This document shows, piece by piece, positions 46,139 to 58,700 of a stretch of 64,000 bases of DNA (the stretch's first letter is position 1; every line of letters starts with the position of its first letter). The notes below the pieces were generated by a model. The model saw only the letters and a program-made list of their open reading frames with translations. It was not told where the DNA came from and made no database searches. The DNA comes from the human T2T-CHM13v2.0 reference genome, Homo sapiens. The stretch lies in NCBI RefSeq assembly GCF_009914755.1, contig NC_060927.1. One strand, 5' to 3'. The position numbers and the translations under genes were made by a program.

Positions 46139-47860
46139 GTTAAATATGAAATTTATAATTAAAAGAGAAGCAAGCAAATTTTGTTTAAACATTCTGCCTG
46201 ACCATGTAAAGAATGAGAAAGTATATTTGGGAGAGCAAACTAAAGGTTTGGCCAAGTGACCATCTGCTAAAGAGATTAGTACAAATAGAAGAGATCATGA
46301 AGATCATTAGATCATTAGTACAAATGGAAGAGATCATGAAGACAATTGAAGAGTGGTCCTAAAGGCATTTCAGAGATCTTTGAGGCCGCCACTTCCATCA
46401 CAGACTCAGAGCTCTAGGAAGGCAGAATGGTTTCAGAGGACAGACCTGGGGCACCCTCCACAGGCTTACTGCCCAGAGCCACCTTGGTCCTCTGCTTTCC
46501 ACATTCCAGCACAGCACTCCTCAACTGCCCCAGCCATAGCACAAGTCGACCCCAATGTGGCTCAATCTGCCAACCCAGAAGGTATAAGCAGCAAGCCTTG
46601 TGTAAAAGATTGATCTCGAACTCCTGACCATGTGGCAATAACTCTACAGCACACAGAGTACACATGCTATGTAGCCATGGTAGGCTCCATCAAGATTTAA
46701 AAGGATGTCACGGACAGCCTGGGGCCCAGGCAGAGACTCATCACAGTGACGGAGCCACCACAGAGAGCTCACACTAAAGCAATGCCCAGTGAAGCCATAG
46801 AAACAAGGTCTCTGCAGAGAGTCCCTACTAGAGTAATACCTAGTTTCTCATAGGGCAATACCTACTAGGGCAATACCTAATAGAGGCATAAAACTAGAGG
46901 TGCCCCCAAGATCGCAAAACTGTAGGGCCACCAGCATACAACCCAGCCTGGGAAAGCTGTAGGCACAAGACTCCAAGCCATGAGAGCTGCCAAGTGGACT
47001 AAGCCCAGCAAAACCATAGGGACACAACTGCCCAACCCCATAGGAACCCAATCTTTGCCCCAGTGTGTCCAGAAAGTGAGACATGGAATCAAGGAAGATT
47101 ATTACGGAGCTTTAAAATTTAATGCTGTTTTCCCTTTGGGGTTTTAGACTTACTTCGGGCCTGTTACTTTTTTTTCTTGCCTATTTCCCCCTTTTGGAAT
47201 ATCTATCCTATGCCTACCCCACCATTGTATTTTGGAAGCACGTAGTTTGTTAATTTCACAAGCTCACAGCTGGAGAGGAATTTGCCTCAGGATGAATTGT
47301 GTCTTGATCTCATCCACATCTGAGTTAGATGAGGCTCTGGATTTTGAACTTTTGAGTTGTTGGAATAAGTTAAGAGTTTTGGGGCATTGGGATGGAATGA
47401 ATGTATTTTGTATGTGAAAAGAACATGAGTCATGGGGGACAAGGGGTAAAATAATATTGCTTGAATGTCTCCTCCAAAACTCATGTTGAAATTTAATTGC
47501 CATTGTGACAGTATCAGGAGGTGGGACATTAAGAGGTAGGACCATTAAGAGGTGATTAGGCCATGAGGGCACTGCCTTCATGAATGGATTAATTTCATTA
47601 TCTCAGGAGTAGGTTCATTATTAAGAAAGTGGATTTGTTATGAGAGTGAGTTATTATAAAAGTGAGTTCAGCCCTGTCTTGCTTGCTTGCTTTTGCACTC
47701 TCTTGCCCTTCTGCCTTCTGTCATTTTGCACCAAGACCTTCACCAGATGCTGGTGCCATTCCCTTGGGCTTCCCAGCCTCCACAATTGTGAGCCAAATAA
47801 ATTTCTATTCATCATGGATTACACACTCTGTGGTGTTCTATTAAATCAACATAAAACTAA

Positions 47861-47935
47861 GATAGATAGATAGATAGATAGATAGATGACAGATAGATAG
47901 ATAACAGAGAGATAGATGATAGATAGGTACAGATA
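47861..47935 (+). repeat. (GATA)n tetranucleotide microsatellite
   Basis: Read directly from the sequence; begins at the LTR terminus. Confidence 0.92.
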
Positions 47936-49483
47936 GTTATAAAAGAGAGAAAGAAAGGAAGAAATAAAGAGGTGAAGAAGGGAGAAAGAAAGAAATTTGC
48001 AAGCCATTTATGGATATACAATGTACATTCATACATACATACACACACTATGTAAATACATGTATTTCTACTTATGTTGCCATTTTTCTAAACCAAATGG
48101 TTTGATCTAGGATACCTCTCAATTCTGAGATAGTTTCACTTTGAAAAATAACACCCTTAGGAATATTTCTTTAATTTTTTTTATTATCTTACTTCCTGTT
48201 GAAATTGCATACATGAAAAATAATATATTATTTTTCAATTGTTTAATCTGATTGATACCTTTAAAAATCTGTGACATAAAAGTATAAGAAAGTGGTGTTG
48301 CAAAAATAGTACATTTTCATCCTGGCATCATACAAAGAAGAAAAACTGTTGCCATAGATGTGAACTGATGTCTGAAGCTTAATTGAAGTAGGAAAAAAAA
48401 TTAGAAAGCTTTTGAATTATTCTTTTGTTTATGCCACAATCCCAAATCTGTGAATGAAATCTGGGACTGTCACCACTCAACCATTCCTACTTTATCTGTA
48501 GTTTATCTCTTTTGACTAAACCTCTGACTATACCTTATTCTAGATGCCAAAGTTGATTCTATCAATGATAACCTCAGAATAGTTCATTAAATATAACAGA
48601 ACACAATGTCTTCTTCACATTTTCATAGCAATAATTGAATGTCAGCTATATTAATCCCTGCACTTAATACTTTGCCTGATATATAGAAGGCAATTCAATA
48701 AATGTATATTTAATGATTGGGTGGAAGAATTGAATAATAAATAGATGGAAGAACAATGAACCTAAGACCTCTGGAAATAGAGTAGATGATGATGAATTTG
48801 TTCTTGCTGGTCCTAGTGTTGAAAGCAGCAAGAAAAAGTCAAAATCAGCACCAAAGACAGAGAACACGGTCCACATTATCTCTAGTATCCCTGTCAGCTG
48901 ATGGTTTTCCTATTTGAGAAATGTAACTCATGAAACTGATGGACGCAGTATTGGTGACCTTGCACATCCCCCTCTAAAACCCAAGTGTATCCCAGGTTAA
49001 GATGACTTTGAGCATGATCTCTAAATGACCGAGACTTACTTGGTATTTATGCTTATACCCTCCCACAAAGAGATGATCACAGAACTTTTTAAGTCTACCT
49101 TATCATTACAATAGATAAATTCAAAGTAAGATATTTCTATAAATCTGCTTTCCCACCCCCACCACAAAAACTATTATAGAGGAAAAATGTTCATGCTATA
49201 GTGACCCTTGCAAAAATTAAATTCTGTGATAGGACTACGCAACAGCTGTAGCTCCCCAAACCATGGAATAAAAGGAAAATGACTATTAGAACCTATATAT
49301 CTTTATGCAAGAGTTCCTACAGAGGTGGAAGTCAACTTGGTTCCTACTTAGACCCTATGAGGAAAGGGCAGGTACACAAAACACTCAGCCTTTCCTTAGC
49401 AAAGGATCCAACCCAGAGTGACTTGCAAAATTACATTAAGGAAAAGAATAGATAGACTCCCACCAGTAAAACAAGGCGAGCAG

Positions 49484-49579
49484 TTCTCTTCCCTTCTCTT
49501 CTCTTCTCTTCTCTTCTCTTCTCTTCTCTTCTCCCTCTCAAACACACACACACACACACACTTTACACACACACACACA
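49484..49579 (+). repeat. (CTTCT)n plus (CA)n compound microsatellite
   Basis: Read directly from the sequence. Confidence 0.92.
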
Positions 49580-50510
49580 GCTCAAGTCACTAGAGTCTAA
49601 AAAACCACTTGTTGACTTTAAGGCCCATATCCAATACAGCTGGCACAACCCCTGGAAAATGCATGCTTTTGAACTGAAGGTTTTCCCCAGTCTCAGAGTA
49701 TTTGAAGGCATCCATATCACCTATTTTGTCTTGTCAGGCCAAAAGAGTGCAAAAGCAAGCAAGCAAGAGAGGGCTGAACTCACTTTATAATTACCCACTC
49801 TCATGCCTCCACCTGCTAGCCAATGAAGACCACCTGTAAATACAAAGCAATTGCCTAGACTGCAATCTAGGAACTCCTGTAGCTCAAAAGCCCACACTAG
49901 AATGCACCCCTTTGGGTGACATCCCCGGGCCTGATAAAGTCACCGCTATTATTTTAATTTGACGTATAGTCTCTGGTAGCGGCCAGTAAATTTTCTCTCC
50001 AGGCCTCCTTCCCATCCCGATATTCTAAAACCTCTGAAGTCTCCACATTCCTCAGAACTTAGCCAGCTCTAAGACACTGACTTTGGGTATCCAGGCCTCC
50101 CCTATTACAATTTAACCTTTTCACTTTCCATTCTCTTGCCTTCTCAAAAAGATTCAATGGTCACCATTGGTTTTTACTACATCAAGCTTAATTTTACTAA
50201 CTTTCAAGGCCTTTCATAAACAGTAATACCCCACCTGGTCAACCTGATTTCCCACAATTTGGAGTGCTCTAGTCAGGCCCATCACTTCACAGTCCCAGAC
50301 AGCCACCTTATTCCCAAGGTTTTCCAGAGCTGTATCCTGGAGCAAAGGAGAAAAATATTCCTCTGGACTGATACATCGCATTACAACAAATTTGTAGTGG
50401 TTTTTCAGTAAGGAAGACGGTATAGGGTCTTGATTACAAATAAGTTATTTTAAAGTGATTGTTTGAAATGCAAATTAAGGAGATTAGTTTGACTATTTAA
50501 ACATAATTCT

Positions 50511-50800
<290 letters not shown>

Positions 50801-50949
50801 AAATTAATTTTAAAATTTTTAATTTAGTATGTTATAAGGTATTTCTTTTTAGATAATAGAATAACCACTAGGTTGTGTTTGTTGTTTGAAATGAGAGCTG
50901 GTGGGAATAAATTAAATAACCACAAATCATCTTTAATAAGATTAAAGTT

Positions 50950-51140
50950 TGGCTCTCAAACTTTAGCTAAAATCAGAATTGCTTGGAGAGCTTGTTAAAA
51001 TACAAATTGCTGGGCCCCATCCTGAGAGTTTTTGACTCAGTAACCGTGATGGGAACAAGGCATTTTCATTTCTAACAAGTCCTTAGGTGACACTGCAGCT
51101 TCTGGTCTGGGGACCACATATTGAGACTCTGACCACATAT
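50950..51140. mobile_element. MER5A
   Basis: CTCTCAAACTTTAGC...GAGCTTGTTAAAATACAAATTGCTGGGCCCC...TTTCTAACAAGT...GGGACCACA. Confidence 0.8.
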
Positions 51141-51229
51141 TGTGACTCACTGACTTAGTATTTACTATGTCCCAGGACATTTTCTACATTATTTCCTTAT
51201 ATTATATCATTTAATACTTACAATAAAAA

Positions 51230-51705
51230 CCTATGAACCTAGAGGTCATTATGTTTAGTGAAATGAGCCAGGCACATACAGAAAAATACCACATTATCTA
51301 TTTCATATCTAGATTCTGTAAAATCTGAAGAAGTCAAACTTATAAAAATAGGAAGTAGAATGGTGTTTACAAGAGGGTTTTTTCCGGTGGGGTGAGGTTG
51401 ACAGGGAAAGGGAAGAGGTTGGTCAACAAGTACAAAGTTTCAGTTAGATAGGATGAATAAGTTCTGATGTTTCACTGCATAGCATGATAACTATAGTTAA
51501 TAATAATATATTGTATATTTCAAAATAGCTAAAAGAAAGGAGTTTAAATGTTCTTACCACAAAGAAATAATAAATATTGGAGGTGATAGTTATGCTAATT
51601 AGCCTTATTTGATTATTCTACAATATATATGTGTATCAAAACATCATATTATACTCCATAAATACATATAATTATTATTTGTCAATTTAAAAATAAAATA
51701 ATTTT
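51230..51705 (+). mobile_element. L1MA (MA7-9-like) 3' UTR fragment inserted in a MIR
   Basis: GTACAAAGTTTCAGTTAGATAGGATGAATAAGTTCT...TATTTCAAAATAGCTAAAAGA...TTTGTCAATTTAAAAATAAA. MIR halves flank it. Confidence 0.8.
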
Positions 51706-52901
51706 TAAACTATAAGGTTTGTGTTATTAGTATTTGTATTCTACAGATAAAGAGGCTAAGTAACTTGCCTAGCTAGTAAGTGGTAGACAAAGCACTCAAA
51801 ACTTAGCAATCAACTCCAGATCCTGCATGCTTCACTCCAAGGATTTAACTATGTATTGATAGGAAAGTGTCCATTTGAAATTGGTAAATGGATTGATTCC
51901 CTTTGTAGGCACAATTATGTCCCCAGGGAAAAGGGAGAGGTTACATTAAAGCCAGCATTAAAAGGGCCACATTGCTACAACCGAAACAGAACAGTTTTCT
52001 AGAGCAGATCCATGAGGACTAGTCATTGAAGTCTTTCTAAAGAAAATAACCCCAGCTTCCCTCCACTCCTAAGCCCTTTAGAAGGCAACCTCAAGACCTC
52101 CAGAATGTAGTGATGAGTGATGATTTAGACAGTTCTGAGGCAGAGAAAACCCTGTACTCAAGGAAAAACTGTATCACACTGACTTCTGATTCCCCCTCCT
52201 TGCTTACGCAGACTTCAGTGTTTTTAAGCTTTTTCAGATGATTCCAACGTACAGCAAATTTCATAACTAGTGCTCCAAAGCAATCGCTGGGTCTCCCACC
52301 ACAGCTTGATTCTTTCTCAGGCAATAGAACTTCGACGAAGTTCATCTCACCAACCTTCTCTGGGTCACTGCTTCTGCTGTAGTCATTAACACAGCCCTTC
52401 ATCCGGTCTGCACACGCAGTAGGTCTCAATACTCCATACGCCCCTCTCTAACACCTGGAGCCCTGTCTAGGATGTAGTAGGTCTTTGAATCAGAAGATCT
52501 ATGAACAATTACAAAATTATTACCTGTTCATCGCTGGGAAGACTGACAAAGAGAGTCAAAATATTTATTTTGGAAAAAGTCTGTCTCAATATAGGAAAGT
52601 TCTACTTCATATGAAAATACTAAACATATGGCACCCTCCTTTGTTTAAATCATATTTAATATTTTCATACAAGATATTTCCTTATAATAGAGCCTGATTC
52701 ACATTCAAAAATACTTGTGGAATGCAAGCAGTTTCATCTATTAATGTAACTTCTGGGGCAGCATTTTTTAAATATATACATCATGTATTTTCTGCCTATT
52801 TCCAAAAATAAATTTGAAAAAATATGTAATATCAAGATGCATATGAAACAAAATAGATTAAACAGATATAAAATGATGATTATTAATCATCAGAAAGGTG
52901 A

Positions 52902-53258
<357 letters not shown>

Positions 53259-54195
53259 CTAAATTTGGTTCTGAGCTTTGTGGCAGACAATGAAAAATAT
53301 GGATAAATATTGGATGATACCAATTTAATTATGAAGAGAAAGGGAAAGAGGAAGAGAGAGGGTAGGAAAGAAAGCATGTTTAGAAAATAATATTTTCCTG
53401 GGATTAAATTCTGGGCCATTATGACACTTACCCTAATTTGGGAAACACTTGGTCCCATAATAATCAATATGTTTTTCAATGTTAGCTCCAACCTCTAGAT
53501 TGTCAGTCATGAACTATGATGGATATGCAAACCATGCCTCTGTAAAACAAAAAGAGAGAATGATTGGTTAACTAATTGTCTTTCAATACCACCAAATATC
53601 AGCAAATTTCAACCATAATATTTACTGTATATGGCTATAAATTCATGCAGCCAGCTTAACAAAAATTAGTCTTGTCTCAATGTTCCCAACTAAAAACCAG
53701 ACATGAATTTTCTTGGCCTTGTTTCACAGAAATGACATTTCTCTTGGGTTGGGTTCAACATAACTGTCATCTCTCTGTCTCACCTATCAGACTTCCACTT
53801 GTGGTCTAAGTGCACATTCACTCTGTTAATAACCACAGAACATTTACTCACTGTTGATTAAAATCATTTGTCCCCATAGTTGGTGAGGTAGAGTTAGTAT
53901 TTCCCCTTTTCTGTAGCTCAAAACATTTTTATATCCAAATGTGGGACTTAACATTTGTCTCTAAAACATGTAGTCACTCCAACCTGTTCAAACTTCTTCA
54001 GATCCAAAGTCTATAATTCAACATCTTTATTTATTTCTCTTTTATTTATGTCTGTTATCCAAAAAAATCTGCTTAAGAAGTACTTTGCCTCGGTCTTATT
54101 TACATGAAGAGATATGATGTCTTTGTTATAGTACATCTATTTTCCATGTTTTTCCACTTTCTAAAAACCCATATATATGGCTGGCAAGAACTTAG

Positions 54196-54509
<314 letters not shown>

Positions 54510-55540
54510 GAACCTTGTTTTAAATATACTATGATACTTACTTTTCAAGTCCTACAGATGTAAATAATATAAACTCTACTAGCCTTTGAAATTCCAAACT
54601 AAAATAAGTCAGCACATGATCACCATATTAGCCCTATTCTAACAAAATGGTATGTATTGTTGAAGCAATCTTTTATCACTTAGTAGAGAAAGCCCCAAAT
54701 ATCTATCAGTAAAATCAGCACTATGATTAATTTCATTTTATAAGTAACATAATAGTAGTAATGACGATGCCATGTACAATTTCAGAAGAGACACACCTGA
54801 AAGATAATTTTTTGGTAAGGCTCTGGAAGTGGTCTGCTGAGAAATATTTAGCAACCAGCATGAATGCCCTGTGTGCTTTTCAAGTGGGATCCACTTCAGG
54901 CATGAACACCACAACAGATGGGAAGGTTAATATATCCCGATGCCACCCATAGCAATTGAGACCTAGTAAGGACCTCAAGAATATGCAGTTGTACTTCCTG
55001 TCATACAAATAAAACTAAATCTTTAGGTATTTATATTTGTGTGGGGCGTCCCACTGTACTTTATTGCAGCTAGAACTCACACCTAATCCTTTTAACGTAA
55101 AACACTAAAACTTATTTTCATGTTAGGCAACAGAGTACTTTCTTAGCACTCTAAGTGTGGGACATCCATCCTTTGACCCATTCCATGAAAAACATTCCAT
55201 GGTCAAATACACATATATTATGTTCCTCTCAGATATTTACCACACTCATTAGCTTTGATAAAGAAATGTTTAAAAGCATGAATGCAGCATTTTCTAACTC
55301 ATTTAACCCTATATCTTTCCACACCCCTACCCCATCCATTAGCATTCCACAGTCCTGTGGAACACACTGAGGAAAATGTTTGCTTCTGAACATTCTTTTC
55401 TTCACCTATCCTGGTGCTATCGCTCAGAGCTCTATACTAAATATGTTAAATTCTTCCTCCACTTGATGAAACTTCAAATATCTGAAGATAGCTCTCATAT
55501 TCCTCTGAAACCCTCCAGAGGCTGGTTGCACATAAGCTGA

Positions 55541-56510
55541 GAGAAACTATCATCAGACCAAACAGGCACCCTACAGAATGGGAGAAAATTTTTGCAATCT
55601 ACCTGTCTGACAAAGATCTAATATCTAGAATCTACGAGGAACTTAAACAAATTTACAAGAAAAAAACAAACAATGCCATCAAAAAGTGGGCAAAGGACGT
55701 GAACAGACACTTCTCAAAAAAAGACATTTATGTGCCCAGCAAACATGAAAAACAGCTCAACATCACTGATCACTAGAGAAATGCAAATCAAAACCACAAC
55801 GAGATACCATCTCATGCCATTCAGAATGGCGATTATTAAAAAGTCAAGAAACAAAAGTGCTGGCAAGGCTGTGGAAAAATAGGAACACTTTTACACCGTT
55901 GTTGGGAATGTAAATTTTTTCAGTCATTGTGGGAGACAGTGTGGTGATGCCTAAAGGATCTAGAAGAAGAAATATCATTTGACCCAGCAATCCCCTTACT
56001 AGGTATATACCCAAAGGAATATAAACCATTCTATTATAAACATACATGCACGCATATCTTCATTGCAGCACTATTCACAATAGCAAAGACATGGTATCAA
56101 CCCAAACGTCCATCAATGAGAGACTGGTTAAAGAAAATGTGGTACATACACACCATGGAATACTATGCAGCCATAAAAAAGAATGAGATCATGTCCTTTG
56201 CAGGGATTTGGATAAAGCTAGAAGCCATTATACTCAGCAAACTCACACAGGAACAGAAAACCAAACACCACATGTTCTCACTCATAAGTGGGAGTTGAAC
56301 AATGAGAACACATGGACACAGGGAGAGTAACAACACACACCAGGGCGTGTCGAGGGGAGGGAGAGCATCAGGATAAATGGCTAATGCATGCAGGGCTTAA
56401 TACCTAGGTGATGTGTTGATAGGTGCCATAAACCACCATGGCACACGTTTACCTATGTAACAAACCTGCATGTCCTGCACATGTATCCCGGAACTTAAAA
56501 TAAGAAAAAG
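55541..56510 (+). mobile_element. 5'-truncated L1PA (PA8-11-like) 3' end
   Basis: ORF2 C-terminus (...[19 protein letters not shown]) and 3' UTR GGAGAGCATCAGGATAAAT...GTATCCCGGAACTTAAAATAA. Confidence 0.88.
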
Positions 56511-57929
56511 TAGGTGGGAACCCTAATGGCTTTGGAGGCACTGACAATCTGTAAGTCCATGGATCTTTCTGGCACACACTTCCAGAGAAATTTAAAGAGG
56601 ATGTTAAGCAAAGAGAAATCTACAGTGTCAGCTGGAGGTCCTCCAACCAAGCAACACTGAAAAACCCAGCAATCCTGAAAGAAAGTGTAGGGATACTTTT
56701 AGCAGTTGTTTCACCAGATTAATTAATTGCTTCTGAAAGAAAAATTTTTAAACAAAGCATCAGTTACCTTTCCCCACTCTGAAGACCCAAAACAAAAAGA
56801 GAAAGGAAACGGAACCCTGATTACTATTCAGATTGGGTTGAAGAACACTTCTAAATGTTGTTTAATGAAGAGGAATATTTCAAAGAGGGGCAAACTGGTC
56901 AACTCCAAAAACCTTTTATTCAGTATTAATGAAAAGGAACAATGAATTGTATGGTATAAGCATTTAAGCAGTCTTTTTCTCAGCTAAATAGAAATGTGTT
57001 TGAAAAAAAGATCTCTGCCAGGGTTTTCTTTTGTCTATATAGATTTTTGCCCTAGCTGCTCTGGGGGAAAAAAATTCTAAAACCATAGGTGTCTTTGCTA
57101 CTTGTTCAAAAGGACAGAGCATGGGAGTTAAAACAAACAAACAAAATGACATGAGCAAATAAAGGGAATGTTTAGATAGGAAATATAACTTGGAATTACA
57201 AATGGACACTCTTCAGACCTGTGCAGGGTTTTCACAAAGCTCTTGATGAATTAGTTCTACAGGTAACATAATTCAAATCACTTGAGGTAGGGCATACAAT
57301 AATAAAACTCTTGAAATCACTGTGCATCTGAAGGAAAGATCTTTCCATTTGAGAAAATAACAAGAATTACAGGTGAACAATGAAGAAAAACCATTCAGAA
57401 TTCTTTTAGGCATTAACCGGCAGCAAACCAAATAAAATTAAATATTTAATGAAATCAGCCTAAATCCAACCAATACAAGCAGGAAATTGCCAAGATGGCT
57501 TTTAAACTTAATCCTTAACTCTTGGTCATTCACCCAGGGATATTGCTAATGCTGTGACAAGTGAAGCCGACGAAGGACTAACTTCTGGGGCAACTCAAAA
57601 CTCATGCATACTCAAAGCTACAATACTGTATCAAATAAGTTTTAACCAATCCTAGGCTGCATTGGCTACAGAAAGGTTTTCAAGTTGACTAATGCCGTGT
57701 AGTGGCTTTATGCTGTGAATTATTAGTATAGAAAGGACTGGCTTTTTTATGTTGTGCTTTGGAACAAATAAAATAAAATAGAAATAAAAAAACAAAACAA
57801 ATGAGTAAAAAATCCTCCTACCCAACCCAAAAACTCAATGTGAAAAAGGTCAGGGAAGAGCAGTCATTAATAGCCCATCATATTAAACTCTCACATGATG
57901 TCTCCCCATGGATTAATGAAATAGCCTCT

Positions 57930-58700
57930 TCAAAGGGACCTCCTTGCCAACACTCCAACTCACCGCAATCCATCTTTTACAGCACAGCCAATGTAAGCTT
58001 ACAAATCTGACTGAAATTACTTCCTTGCCTAAAGACTTTCATTGGCTTCCCGCTGCCTAGGAGGAAAGAACTAACTTACTGGTTTAGCATTAAAGCCCTT
58101 CCCAACTTCCCCTTGCCCCACATCTCTAGCTGCATCACTTGCCATGCCTTCCCTTATCCCTAGCTCCAGCATTCATCCAAAGCCCCATGCACAGTACATT
58201 TTCTATTCTATGTCTCCTACCTGAGCCTTTGCATCAGCCTTTTTCTTCTTAGATTGCCCTCCTTCCAACCCAAGTTCTGGGAAAGTACTCATTGATCAAA
58301 ACTCTGCTCCAGTATCATGGTTTCTATGGAACTTTTTGCAGCTCTCCTGGGCCAAATTAATTGCTTCCTTCCTCATGCTTCCAGGGCACTCTTATTCTAA
58401 ATAAACAATAATAGATGAAAATCATTAAGCACTTAACTATGTGCCAGGCATAGTTCTAAGCACTTTTATTCATTTAATTAATTCTTGTTTAATCCTCACA
58501 ACAACCCCATGAGGGTAGGACTATTATTACTATCCCCACTTTTTAAATGAGAAAACTGAGGCACAAAAAGTCAAAATGTCTTGGATAGGGTCATATAGCC
58601 AGTAAGTGGCAGACACAAGATTCTGACACAGGCAGCCTGGTTCTGAAGCATTCACTCTTTACCACACCACATTGCCTTGCATCAGTCTGTTCCCCTAACA
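57930..58700. mobile_element. L2 fragment followed by a MIR (about 58410-58680, minus strand)
   Basis: L2-like AAAGACTTTCATTGGCTTCCC, and MIR TATGTGCCAGGCATAGTTCTAAGCAC...AATGAGAAAACTGAGGCACA. Confidence 0.7.

Noticed and set aside
48735-48901. Protein-like frame WKNNEPKTSGNRVDDDEFVLAGPSVESSKKKSK...
   Set aside because: No start codon or convincing splice sites, begins in an L2-like tail, and no homolog recognised.
52091-52429. 112-aa minus-strand ORF
   Set aside because: Non-ATG start, overlaps a MER5-like fragment (about 52215-52275), and no recognisable domain.
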